From Fistulifera solaris (Eukaryota): a DNA stretch of 64,000 nucleotides. A program made the translations under genes and the position numbers. Positions 1-11,659 of the stretch are shown piece after piece. The notes under the pieces are model-generated. The model was given only the letters and a program-made list of their open reading frames with translations, ran no database searches and was not told the DNA's origin. Location: the NCBI GenBank assembly GCA_030295235.1, contig AP026124.1, positions 1,240,001 to 1,304,000 on the forward strand, read 5' to 3'. Every line of letters begins with the position of its first letter. Within the stretch, counting starts at the first letter, position 1.

Positions 1-181
1 GAAGGATCCGTCCTCCTAAAATATTGTTATATGCTTCATCGAACTGAATAAACGCCGCACATGAAGCGCGCCGCTGTTGTTGATAGGTAGGGAATGTTGG
101 ATCGACTGGATGACATAAGGAACCGTCAAAGTAAACCGTCGCAATGAGGGCGTCGAATAAGAACTGGAATAGCAACCTCAT
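1..181 (-). CDS. 5' part of a gene running off the window edge; possible RNase H-like protein
   Basis: ATG at 181 opens a frame with no stop to base 1 (MRLLFQFLFDALIATVYFDGSLCHPVDP...ILGGRIL). YFDGS resembles the first RNase HI motif. Only 60 codons are visible. Confidence 0.3.
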   Translation of the reverse strand, partial: MRLLFQFLFDALIATVYFDGSLCHPVDPTFPTYQQQRRASCAAFIQFDEAYNNILGGRIL

Positions 182-580
182 ACTAGAAATACAACCGTTT
201 AATTGCGCCTCTCATAGTGTTGGAACAAATTCAATTTGCATAGTCTATATGTATTTATCGTTGACAGCAACGTGCATGCTAGTTATAAAAAAAGTTTCAA
301 AGTAACATCATCTTTTCCAAGACTGGATAGAGTTGAGTCGTCGTCATGTTGTCACCCCCAACATTTCGAGCATGAGTAAAATGGGGTACCGGTACGGCTT
401 ATTCTTTGATTGGGCGCAGTTTTTTTCATTATTATACCAGGGTATTCATTTGCATGTTCGTCGCCATCAATTTTTCATTACGGAGTACCTGGTATAGCAA
501 TGATGCGAAATCGATCATAATAAGAAAGGGTATTCCATACAGCAGAGCATTATACTAACTAAACGTTTCTCTCAAGAATT

Positions 581-1661
581 ATGATCATTGGTAAACTTGC
601 GCCTTTATTTAGGGTCTTAATACTCCTATTAGCTGCTGAAATGAATCATGTCACTGGGTTCACCGCTCTCGTCACCGGCGCCAACGGATATATTGGAAGA
701 GCAGTAGTCCACGAATTGATTCAATCGGAAGCTTTCAGCGATATTTTGTGTTTAGTCCGATCACCACATGTATCTTTCGAACGGGAGCTTTGGTCGAGCT
801 CTTCAAAAGTACGTGTTCTCTCTTACGATATGTTGGACGGAGGCGAGTCTTTGCGACACAGTTTGCAAACTTGCCGAGAGGGCGATGAGCGATGCGTGTT
901 TCATGTGGCCTCCGTCTTCGGACCGACCAAAGACCACAAACAAACCGCACTGGATAATGTGAAAGGCACCGAAGACGTCGTTCGGGTACTGTCGGAACAA
1001 CAAGAAAAGTGCAAATTAATATTGACATCGTCCATGGCGGCAGTTAGGGGCACAGGTCAGGAGCCTGCCAACGGAGAGTACTACACGCATCATGATTGGA
1101 ACAGCATAAGTGAGCTGGGGAAGAACTGGGGGTCTTCGTATCAATGGAGTAAAATGGAGTCGGAACGACGAGCAAAGAAAACTTTGTGATATGCATGATA
1201 TCCCCCTCGTTGTCTTAAATCCTTCTTTTGTGTTCGGGCCGACCAACGAGAATAGCATGAGCTCGTCCTATTCCCTAGATCTCGTTGGACAATGGGCGCG
1301 AGGAGAGTCGCCCGTTCAAAGTCGCTTGTTCGTAGACGTACGTGATGTTGCAAAGGCCCACATCAAGGCAGCCGTTCGATCCGACTCGGCTGGGAAACGA
1401 TTCATCGTTTCTACAGAAGCAAGAGTCCCCAGCCGGGAAATTGCTGGTTGGCTGAAAGAAGTGGCAATACAGACGGGGCTGGTCGATCCAGAGAAGATAC
1501 ATTTTGACGGGGACTTTGACGGAGGTGCCATTCCAATAGGGTCAAAAGAAGTTGATGCTGCCAAGAGATTGTATGAGGAACTGGGAGTGGAGTTACGGCC
1601 AGTAAAACAAACTATTACTGAAATGGCATTTGCGTTGCTACAAGTAAAAACGAAAGTTTAA
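581..1661 (+). CDS. NAD(P)-dependent epimerase/dehydratase (extended SDR, DFR/aldehyde reductase-like)
   Basis: Motifs VTGANGYIG, HVAS, TSSMAAV, YxxSK, NPSFVFGP and VDVRDVAKAH. ORFs 581-1189 and 1110-1661 join by removing one A from the run near 1178-1181. Confidence 0.85.
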
Positions 1662-1675
1662 TGCTCATTCATCCT

Positions 1676-3913
1676 TCAGTCTCTTTGGCTAGCCGACGAA
1701 GTGAATGTTCGATCGACTGTAGTAACCATCAACTCGCGCAACAGACTCGTCGCATAGCATCCTCGAGGTAATTCAAATGACAGTGTAACGACTTTGATGC
1801 TTTCATCTGTATCTTTTTCTCTTATTTCAAACTTCAGGTCATCACATTTCGCCAGTACATGCCGATAGCCACCCTTTGGCAGCGATTCGCTAGGAGCAGT
1901 GTTCGAAAACGAGATGCCGTCCTTCATCAAAATCTCTTCATATGTGGAGCGCACAGCATTTTGCGGGAATACAGTAGTTGTGCCCACCAACGGAAGGACA
2001 ACCTGATAAATGCTAAAGTTTTCGACGTCTTTATCATCAACCAATTTTATATGACCGCCCTCATTCACCAAGTCACCTTGAACAACATTCAAACCATAAA
2101 CCCGAAGCCGTTCCGTTGCTGCTATATTCCAGAGGTATGACTGATAAGCACTCACCCAAAAATTCCGCTCGTTATGATGCAAGCATCTGAGCGCCTCAAG
2201 GGGTTTGTCGCTTCCGTATCGTTTCAGCCCCTGTAGCACAGTCTGTTCACGAAGAAGCTTATTGCCTTTTGGCAAAACCTTCCAGCATTTATTTAGGTCG
2301 CGTGGATTGTTTTGCCATTCTTGTCGGAATCTCACTACCTCCACAGTTTCCACGTCGTCTCCCCGAGTTACGATCCTCCCTGTCATGATCAAATCAACGG
2401 CTCCTGTAAAGTCACATTGTAGCATAGCTCTTCCGATATCAAAAGAACGAACCCCAGTGATAGACGCTGTCCCTGGCACTCCCACTCGCTGTTCACCGAA
2501 AAAGTTTACGAAACCTTGTTGTCGGATACGATCGACCAACATTCGAAAATGAGGAACATTCAACGCTTTTGTTCCTTCTTGATTGTTTACAACAGTAACA
2601 CGACGCAAATTTCGGATCGTAATCTGAAAATGATTTCCGGAAAGATCGCCTTTGCAAAGCCTCCATGGTACTTCTTGAGAAGGTCCAATGTCGATCCCAT
2701 TCTTCGAAAGCGACTCGATGGCCCGTTTCAGTTGATTTGAAGACACATTGCTAACGGTACAGAATTGGTATGTAACCGCACGCATATCTTTGATACCTGC
2801 TAAGCCGATGTCTGCTTGCCTGCATCGTAGCGCCCTAACTAGCGTCTGGATGGTAGTCAAATGCTCTTTGTCGCGCTTCCGTACAACGAAAAGAAAATTA
2901 CTCTCAGGCGAAGTCTGTTGGTCCCTCTTTCGCTTTCGTGCCGTTTGTCGGGACCACTGTACGACAACGACAACGACAGTGACTGGTCCCTTGGAATCAT
3001 CCGCAGGCATCTTATAATCCGGAATTGTAGATGTCTGAAACATAGCATGGCTGCCTTTTTGAATGGCTTCGTGGACTATGCGCCGATCATCTCGAGGTAG
3101 ATCTTTTCGTAAACGAAGAAAAACACGATCCTCTCCATCCTCTTTGATACTGGCTTCATATCCGCGGTTAAAATAGCGGTAGAGTTTGAGTAAATCTGCT
3201 TGTGGATTGTTGAGAAACGATCGCAAAGCGAGGAACCTTGTGGAGATAGAGACAGATAAGCGGCGGGTTTTGTCTGGTCCTGCTGGTTTTGTTTCTGATT
3301 GAAGCAGCGGGTAGTCGCGTCGGATGGCTTTGTGAAAAGCACCTCTCAACAAAGCCGAAGATTCGTTTGCTCGTGATTCTGATATTATGACATCAATCAC
3401 ATTTCCGCAATCGTCGGATGTGCCCTTTAATAAATTAACAGCGGCATCGTGTAAATCATTAAGTTTTTGAATGGTTTCTGAGGGAGATATCTGAAAGGCG
3501 CATTCGGATAGGATCTGGTGCAAAGTGCGTTCATCGATGAATGCTGACGGATTGGCTTTTACTGTAACGGGAGATTTGTGACATTCTTTGCCGATATGTT
3601 GCAATCCTTGACCTTTCTCACTTGTCGAACCGGAAATTTTCGGGGCAGTGCAAGTAAATGGCTTTAAATCCGCAATACGCGGTGCATCCGGATGCTTTTT
3701 CTCGTCACACGCAATCTCTTTCACCACAAAATCTTCTGCAGTGGTCTTAATAGATCCTAAGATTTCCCATGAATCAAAAGTATCTTCCCCTTGTTGTTGA
3801 GAGGAAAGGTAGGAGCTGGGGAGGGCGTGGGGAGGTGTTGTGACAAAAACGTCTCCCATCCCAATTGTCGAATAGTGTCGGTCCAAACGACTTGCATAAT
3901 TTTCCGCTGACAT
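1676..3913 (-). CDS. PUS7: Pseudouridine synthase, TruD/PUS7 family
   Basis: 745-aa ORF with EDFVVKEI, catalytic AGIKDMRAVTYQ, GNHFQITIR, GFVNFFGEQR, SAYQSYLWN and FELPRGCYATSLLRE. Confidence 0.9.
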   Translation of the reverse strand: MSAENYASRLDRHYSTIGMGDVFVTTPPHALPSSYLSSQQQGEDTFDSWEILGSIKTTAEDFVVKEIACDEKKHPDAPRIADLKPFTCTAPKISGSTSEKGQGLQHIGKECHKSPVTVKANPSAFIDERTLHQILSECAFQISPSETIQKLNDLHDAAVNLLKGTSDDCGNVIDVIISESRANESSALLRGAFHKAIRRDYPLLQSETKPAGPDKTRRLSVSISTRFLALRSFLNNPQADLLKLYRYFNRGYEASIKEDGEDRVFLRLRKDLPRDDRRIVHEAIQKGSHAMFQTSTIPDYKMPADDSKGPVTVVVVVVQWSRQTARKRKRDQQTSPESNFLFVVRKRDKEHLTTIQTLVRALRCRQADIGLAGIKDMRAVTYQFCTVSNVSSNQLKRAIESLSKNGIDIGPSQEVPWRLCKGDLSGNHFQITIRNLRRVTVVNNQEGTKALNVPHFRMLVDRIRQQGFVNFFGEQRVGVPGTASITGVRSFDIGRAMLQCDFTGAVDLIMTGRIVTRGDDVETVEVVRFRQEWQNNPRDLNKCWKVLPKGNKLLREQTVLQGLKRYGSDKPLEALRCLHHNERNFWVSAYQSYLWNIAATERLRVYGLNVVQGDLVNEGGHIKLVDDKDVENFSIYQVVLPLVGTTTVFPQNAVRSTYEEILMKDGISFSNTAPSESLPKGGYRHVLAKCDDLKFEIREKDTDESIKVVTLSFELPRGCYATSLLRELMVTTVDRTFTSSASQRD

Positions 3914-4422
3914 CTACTCATATACTGCAGGTTAGTGAAACTTGTGAAGATGTCATATCATGGTTTTGTTGTCCTATTGCAAGTTGCAGTGCTATGTGAG
4001 CGAAGTTTTGTAACGAAAAATTTCGGTGGTCCGATTTGAGACCCGGACGACGTCAGTCGTGCAAATGTCTATCGCTATGAACTAGGTTGATCTACCCTAG
4101 CCTCTCAATCCCTCGATAAGTCCATAACTTGGATGTCTTTTTAAGAGTTAGAGCAAGCAAAACTTTCGTGTCATAGCAACCATGAAATAGTTTGAAGTAG
4201 AAACCGCTGAAAGATAAGAATAGTAATAATAATAACATCGTGATCAAGTTTTAAGGTGACGCGGAGAAGCTAAAACGGTTTCAACGCGGCTCCTTTCCCG
4301 ATAGCTAAGGACTTCGCATCAGATACTCTGCAGTAGAAGCGGAGCTGTGAAAGAGCAGCGGCCGGGATACTATTTAGAAAAAGAAAAAATAGTCCGTAGT
4401 ACAATTGGTGCATCAAGCTATC

Positions 4423-4953
4423 TTATTTCTTGATATTCTTATTCAATGGAGCGACATGGCGGGGAACCCAACGGTCTGAAGAATACGGCGACTCGCCCAC
4501 TTTCCAGCCCGGAACATTCTTCATGATTTCAGCCTCCTTTCTCATAATTTCCTGCTCGCGCTGCACGTAAAAACGATCTTCTTCAGCCTGAAGAATTGAA
4601 GCCATTGCGTACCGGGCTTTACGTTCCTCTAGTTTCTCCCCGTTGCGGGCTTTGTTGCACTTGCCGACGCGGTAGAATCCGTATGCAATCGCGAGCGACG
4701 ATGCTAGCCAAATTTGTGCTCCGGTAGGTCCGCGGGCTCGCGCTCGTTTCACAATATCGATCTTTATTAACCAGCCAACAATAAACGATGTCCGAAGGGT
4801 AAGTTTATCAAAGCTGAAGAGATTACCAAGCAACAAGCAAGCCAGATAACCGAGACGACTGGGTCAAACATTCTTCAACAAGCTTACCTCCGGAAAACCA
4901 CCGGGTGGTGGCATATCCTGGATAGGCGGCAACGCGCTTGGTCGATAGCTCAT
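4423..4953 (-). CDS. NDUFA13: NADH dehydrogenase (complex I) subunit GRIM-19/B16.6
   Basis: Exon 1 at 4953-4888 ([22 protein letters not shown]), GT-AG intron 4887-4762, exon 2 at 4761-4423. Contains [15 protein letters not shown] and [16 protein letters not shown] motifs. Confidence 0.93.
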
Positions 4954-5405
4954 GGTAAGCAGAGTTTAAAATCTATTTTTATTTTTCCGTCTACGCGTGT
5001 CAACATTCAATAGAAGTATATTGACTCCGATTTTGTGGTTTTGCTTTTGATTACAGCAGCTTAATAAAGGTGGCGGCGGCGGCGGCGTCGCTGCTGCTGT
5101 CTTTATTGCTGCGTCTTTTTCATACGCCTTACGACATTCCAGTGCCGTTTGTGCATATCGCGTTACTTGTTGCACGACACCGCGACTGGAATTCAATCAC
5201 GATAGCTCACCATTTCTTTCGTGCGTGTAGCACAAGCTGCCTTTGCGGTAAGTGTCTAGTCTATAATCTCGTACTCCGTAGTATTTATCAATCTTATTGC
5301 ATTACTCTTTTCGAAACCATTTTATAGCCAGGACTCCTTCAAGAAAAGTCTTTCTTCAGTACGCATTCCCAACTCTAGGTAGTGAAAACGTATCTTTCAC
5401 GAACG

Positions 5406-7046
5406 TTATTCCTTGACTGCATTACCTAATCTTTCCAGGTCATACATGCGAATTCCATTTCGAGACAATGTACCCCAGCGGTAAATAAGTATCTCGTCCT
5501 TCTTCGAGTCAAACCATTTCACGGCGACGCAGTCTGTTTCGTCGCTCCCTGAACCCCAACTTTTCAACTCAACAACAGCCCCATGTCGAGTCTTACCATC
5601 GGGACCAAGTCTGGAACCATATCTCAATTCGCTCCAAGTCGGACCTGGTTGAACAAAGTCTCCGATTGAAATCGCTTCTATTTTAACCATTTTGCTGATG
5701 TCGACCTCTTTCAACGATGATGTTTGCTTCGTCTTCCAAAATCCCCAACATCTACCATCACACGACGTTAACGGCTCCATACATGAGCGGCACCGTCGTG
5801 GGGCGTTAAGATCCACACTAGCTAAACCAGAATCAAGCGCATAGATTCGTTGTGTGACCTTTTCGATTTGACGTGATATTGTTCGCCGAACGTTCTTGTG
5901 GGCCGATGGCGGCACAAATGTTTCGCGAAGACGTAGCAGTTGTTCATTTTGTGAGAGAAGCTCCTCTTTAGAGAAAACTTCCAGAAAAGTAAAATAACAC
6001 TCTTTCCACGAAGAGTGTCTTATGCAGTGATACTCTCGACGATGGATCTGACAGGAAGGACAAATCAACACCAAATCGCGACATACGGTACAAACTCGGG
6101 AGCCACATAGTTCGTCAAACGATCCTTGACAAGCAACGCACTTTCCCACAATATCATGCTTTGTGGAAGGAACATGAGGATTCTGGCATTCGGCGGGACT
6201 CATGGCAACTCTCTGATCGAAAACAAAATTGAGTCCCCGAAAAAGTCCCTGGTCTCCATACTCCTCCAAGTACCGGTGAATACCACCTTGCAACTGAGAA
6301 ACATCCGTGACTCCTCTTTTTTTCAGCATAACCGAAGCTTTTTCACATCGTATGCCTCCTGTGCAATACATGAGAACTTTTTTGCCTTTGAGCTCATCCG
6401 CTCTTTTGTCACAAAATGACGACTCAAAAGAGCTGAACGTGACCATTTCGGGATTGATGGCCGGATTGAGGGAAGCTGGGTGAACGAAGTGGCCTATTTC
6501 GTATTCAAAAGTGTTGCGAACATCAATCAAGACCGCATCTGGATTCTCCATGATAGCTCGGTGAAACTCGGAAGGAGGCAGATGTGTGCCTCCATTTTTA
6601 CGAATATCTTCGACCGAAACTGTGCCACCGGTACTAATGATTTCTTTGACAATACTCACTTTTAAATCAGGGAAAGGTTCTAAGACCCCTTGGTGATTGT
6701 TGCTTATCTTCCAGTCAATGTCCTGAAAAATACGGTAACTTGTTTTGTTGTGCGAAGCAATGTCTGAATCAGGGTCCTCCGGCACTCCAAATTCTCTAAC
6801 AAGGTCGAACTCCTCCATGACATCCATGTAGGATTGCAAAACATCGGGACTTTCTGCTGATACTGTTCCATTGATGCCTTCGGCGGCGAGAAGGACACGT
6901 CCCTTCAAGGCCAGCCGATCGCACAAATCCTTTTGAAAGTGACGCATTTTCGTTTCGTAATAGCTGGCATGTTTGTGTAACAGCGGATAATCGGAAGGTA
7001 GAAAATACTTGTAAAAGAGGGCGATAGAAGAATGGCGAGGCGCCAT
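5406..7046 (-). CDS. Rhodanese-domain protein of the TrhO/TSTD2 (UPF0176) family with a C-terminal MIB/HERC2-like domain
   Basis: Motifs LFYKY, LKGRVLLAAEGINGT, IDVRNTFEYEIGHF, MYCTGGIRCEKAS, QLQGGIHRY and NFVFDQR, followed by a Cys-rich region. Likely start is the ATG at 7046 (MAPRHSS). Confidence 0.85.
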   Translation of the reverse strand: MAPRHSSIALFYKYFLPSDYPLLHKHASYYETKMRHFQKDLCDRLALKGRVLLAAEGINGTVSAESPDVLQSYMDVMEEFDLVREFGVPEDPDSDIASHNKTSYRIFQDIDWKISNNHQGVLEPFPDLKVSIVKEIISTGGTVSVEDIRKNGGTHLPPSEFHRAIMENPDAVLIDVRNTFEYEIGHFVHPASLNPAINPEMVTFSSFESSFCDKRADELKGKKVLMYCTGGIRCEKASVMLKKRGVTDVSQLQGGIHRYLEEYGDQGLFRGLNFVFDQRVAMSPAECQNPHVPSTKHDIVGKCVACQGSFDELCGSRVCTVCRDLVLICPSCQIHRREYHCIRHSSWKECYFTFLEVFSKEELLSQNEQLLRLRETFVPPSAHKNVRRTISRQIEKVTQRIYALDSGLASVDLNAPRRCRSCMEPLTSCDGRCWGFWKTKQTSSLKEVDISKMVKIEAISIGDFVQPGPTWSELRYGSRLGPDGKTRHGAVVELKSWGSGSDETDCVAVKWFDSKKDEILIYRWGTLSRNGIRMYDLERLGNAVKE

Positions 7047-7374
7047 GGTTTGAACGCTTCTTGTTGATGGTTGTGTCGTTAGTGATATTTTGTGGTTGGT
7101 GGTATGAAAAACATCTTGGACGCAATACATTACCGGTACGATAGTAACATTACATCATCTCCCACTTGACACGTCACGAGAATGTCTGGGTCGTTCGAAT
7201 GGCATCGCAACTAATTTTTCATTCGCCCAACGAGCCAAAAATGCAGCCGCTGCTGCCGAATAATTTCTGCTCCTTTTGCAAAGAGAGAAAATTACTTTCT
7301 GCTGTGTTGTATCTTGTCGTCTATTGTTGTTCGTTGTTTAATTTTTTATAAGAGAAAGATAATACGGCGTGAAC

Positions 7375-10079
7375 ATGGCTCGATGGTTTCGTTCCGAGCC
7401 AATGGAGTATATTTCCTTGATTGTGAACGAAGACGCCGCTCATGATTGTCTCGCAGATCTCGGTCGCATGGGTGTTATTCAATTTACAGACGTACGTAGC
7501 TCTTTTTCATCCTAGTACATTGCATTCCCTCTTTAATGATTTCTAATATTGTATTTCTTCTGCAGTTAAACCCCGATTTGACACCCTTTCAGCGTCGTTA
7601 TGTCTCTTACGTGAAACGATGCGATGAACTCGAACGAAAGTTGCGTTTCTTCGTGAGCGAGACGGACAAGTTTGAACTCGAGCTGGTTTCACCCGGTACG
7701 GTCGAAGAGTTCGTTGGGACCGCGATGCACACTACGGGTAATGGTTCAAAAAAGACGAGTGCACAACTCCTCGAGGGTTTAGAGAATGAAATCGGAAAGT
7801 ACGAAGCTCAACTCAGAGAGCTCAATAGCTATTCGGAAAAGCTCACCACAGAATACAACGAAAAAGTGGAGTTACAAGAGGTGTTGGAGAAGGCGCGGTT
7901 TTTCTTCATGGTCGATTCTCATCGGTTTGCCAACTCGAGTGCCATTGGCGGACACTCGCATACGAGCAGCTTGTTGGAGGGTGATACACGCACAGACTTG
8001 GACATGCGCTTCTCTTCCATTACCGGTGTTGTTTCGGCAGAAGAAAAGGCTCGATTTGAGCGCATGATCTTCCGTGCTACGCGCGGTAATTGTTACGTTC
8101 GTTTCGCCAATATTGATCAGCCCATTGCTGACCCCCGAAACAGGACTGTTGGTAGAAAAGGTTGTGTTCATTATCTTTTACAAAAGTGAAAGCATTGAAA
8201 CGAAGTTGAAGAAAATATGTGACGCTTTTTCTGCTCATCGCTATTCGCTTCCGGATATGGATGATAGTGTTGCTTTGGACAATATGATGACCGAGAATGC
8301 GCAAGAGCTGGCTGACTCGCGCACTGTCTTACTCAAGAACCAGGACATGCGTTATCGTCTCTGCCAGATGCTGGCTAGACACACGGAACGTTGGACTTGG
8401 ATCGTTCTCCGCGAGAAAGCTGTTTACCACTCGCTCAACATGTTCAAGTCGGATGTGTCAGGTATGCTCCGAGGAGAAGGTTGGGTTATTGCCGAATCCT
8501 ACGATGCTGTTCGGGAAGCTGTAGAGGTTGCGCACTCGAACATGGACATGGCCATGCCTTCTTTGGTCGATCATGTTCCGCAGCCTTGGCCGACTCCCCC
8601 GACCCACTTTATTACCAACAAATTCACGTACGCGTACCAGGAATTTGTTAACACGTACGGTATTCCGCGTTACCGGGAAGCCAATCCTGCATTGTTTACT
8701 GCAGCAACGTTCCCGTTCTTGTTTGGCGTCATGTATGGGGACATTGGTCACGGTTTGTTCTTGTTCTGTGCCGGTCTCACCCTTTTGTGGAACGAAAAGG
8801 CCAATGAGAATGCCAAGTTGGGTGAAATGGGCGATGGAATGCACACTGGTCGTTACATGATTACCATGATGGGCTTCTTCGCTGTCTATGCAGGCTTTAT
8901 CTACAATGATATGTTCTCCTTGGGGTTAAATCTTTTCGGCTCCCGCTGGACGTTTGGCGAACTAAATGGTGGTGTCGAAGCCAGCACTGTTGCGGAAATG
9001 ACTGCTCGTTACGGAACGGATGAATCTGTTTATCCCTTCGGATTAGACCCTGCTTGGCACGTGTCATCGAATGAGCTTCTTTTCTTCAATTCTTTCAAGA
9101 TGAAGCTTTCCGTTATTTTCGGAATCATTCAGATGTTTGCAGGTACCCTTCTCAAAGGAGCGAACGCGATATACTTTCAGCAGCGGTTGGATTTGCTGTA
9201 CGAGTTTATTCCGATGGTGGTGTTTGCTTCTTCCCTCTTCTTGTACATGGTCTTTTGATTTTCTACAAGTGGTCGACTGACTGGAACTCTCGCATGCTCT
9301 CCGCTACGTGCATCGATCCCACTAGTGCAGGATGGAATTCTCCGGACTATGATGGAAAATGGGTCACGTGCCAATCTGAAACAGGACTTTGTACTCCTTG
9401 GGGTTACGCATGCACTGGGAAAGACGACACTGCAGCGCTCTGCCCCCTTAACTACGGTGGATCAGGTGACGGGTGTCAACCGCCAAATCTGATTACCACG
9501 TTGATCAACATTGCGTTGAACCCGGGAACTGTCGATGAGCCGATGTACGCGGGTCAAGGTGTGATTCAAAACCTGCTTCTGCTTTGTGCCTTTGGCTCGG
9601 TTCCAGTATTATTGCTGGCTAAGCCGTACTTCATGTCGCAGCAAACTCACATGCCGATTGTTCATCATTCGGAGGACTACGACCAGCACGAAGAAGAGCA
9701 CGGAGAAGAGCATAATTTCGGCGAAATCATCATTCATCAGGCAATTGAAACAATTGAATTCGTTCTTGGTATGGTGTCAAACACGGCATCATATCTTCGT
9801 CTTTGGGCACTGTCTTTGGCCCACTCCGAACTAGCAACTGTATTCTGGGAAAAGGCAATGCTATCGACTTTAAACATGAACTGGTTTGCTGCGTTCATTG
9901 GTTACGGCATCTTCGCAGGGGTGACGTTTGGTGTTTTGCTGATGATGGACGTATTGGAATGCTTCTTGCATGCTCTCCGTCTTCATTGGGTCGAATTCCA
10001 GAACAAGTTTTTCAAAGCAGATGGAATCCGCTTTGCTCCGTATTCGTTCAAGCAGATTATAAAAGATTCTACTACATAG
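7375..10079 (+). CDS. VHA-a: V-type H+-ATPase V0 subunit a, copy 1
   Basis: Exon 1 at 7375-7491 (MARWFRSEPM), intron 7492-7565. Motifs FERMIFRATRGN, YGIPRYREANP, FNSFKMK, SNTASYLRLWALSLAH and LRLHWVEFQNKF. Indels in a C-run near 8135 and a T-run near 9255. Confidence 0.96.
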
Positions 10080-10565
10080 TACAGGATTTAAAGGAGGAGG
10101 AAATCCAGTACTAAATGAAAATTGTAGTCTGTTTGTAAGCAACACTATCGCTTATTTTATTTTTTTAGAGCAGCTTTCGGCTCTTCAAGTTGCTGCCTTA
10201 ACAAATCCCTGCGTTGTCGTCTTTTCCGTCGTCGAAGATATCGGTGTCGTCAAATGGATCGCTTCACTCGGTCGCCTAGAGGCCGTTTCGCGAATGTTCT
10301 TTCGTGCCTTAAAGAGTTGAACGACGGATTGATGTGCGAGGAGGAATTGAATACGTGGTCCTCCCGGATCACGGCCTCTCCTGTTGTTGATTATGGCAAC
10401 GCAACAGTGTTGCCGCGTTAAGTCTGTTCGTCTTACGTGCGATTTATAATCTACTGCGTCGCTATTTATGATTCAGTTTTTAAACAAGCGTATTAAAAAA
10501 GAGTTGTACAAACGCTTGAAGACCAATATCTCTTTTTCAGTTAACCAAAGAAGAGAAAAGCGCAT

Positions 10566-11659
10566 TTACAGGGCCTTCTTGGTTTCGATCTGGATTTCCC
10601 ATGGGCGGGTGTTAACTCGGGGATAAGGAATACCAGCGGCTGCGTCGCGGTCTCTTCGCGCTTTTCCGTGTGACCAGGCTGCTGTACCTCGCTTACGGTT
10701 CCAAACCAAGCCGACGGCAGCGAGAGCATCTATCAACAATTTCGACGGGTTGAACTGTGACGAAATACCAAATTCAGAGCAAGCATAGTCGTACGGATAC
10801 TTGTGATGCCAGTTGTGCCAGCCTTCACCAATCGCAAACCAGGATACGACGGGGTTCTCCGCAGGATAGCTGGCCGTGTCGTACGGATGATCACCATACA
10901 AGTGCGCCGCCGAGTTTACCAAGAATGTGCAATGCTTGACCCAGATGTAGCGCACACAACCAGCAACCAAGAAAGCTTTCCAGAGATCTTCTCCCCAGAA
11001 GTAGTTGGCTGTGTAAGAAGGGACCACGAAGCACATGAATTGGGGGAAGATCGGATCGAGCATGTGTTGAAATCGTACAACTGGGTCTTCGAGCAAGTCT
11101 GAAAAGTCCATGTCTTTTCCAGCTTCAACGACGGCTCTGTCTTTTTTGAGGAGCAGCCATCCGATGTGAGAAAAGAAGAAGCCACGTGTTGCGTTGTGAG
11201 GATCAGCAGTAGTTTCCGAGTGTTTATGGTGAACACGGTGATCGCGCGACCAGTGATAAATAGAGGTTTGATTAGCCATAGAGTTCACCAACATCAAAAC
11301 AACTCGCACAATGAAATGCGCTTCGTACGATCGATGAGACCAAAGCCTATGCACGCCGACTGTAATACCGAAGCCGCTGTAAGAGAAAAACAAGCAAGGG
11401 AATCGAGAAGGTAAGATCGACTTTCCTCAAGAGCAGAAACTTTATTCTAAGCGAACCTTTAGACGTACGTCATAGGCCACAACAAGAACGCGAAAAGCAG
11501 CGTCTCAGGTTTGCACTGAGGGATTACGGTAAGCCCTTTGAGAGTCAAAGTATGCATCAAAATGGACCAGATGGTCATGGTCCAGTTGACGTTTCCCTCT
11601 TTCAAGTGATACCAGACCACGCTGGGAATGCTGCTGATCGATTTGTAAGAAAAGTCCAT
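10566..11659 (-). CDS. Delta-9 (stearoyl-CoA-type) fatty acid desaturase, copy A, no cytochrome b5 fusion
   Basis: Exon 1 at 11659-11469, intron 11468-11377, exon 2 at 11376-10566 (333 aa). His boxes HRLWSH, HRVHH and HNWHH, plus LVNSAAH. Confidence 0.93.

Noticed and set aside
4250..4380. GC-richer stretch with CTGATG...GAAA on the minus strand, resembling a hammerhead ribozyme core
   Set aside because: The core reads CTGATGC rather than CTGANGA and I could not find the three supporting stems. It is likely the NDUFA13 3' UTR.
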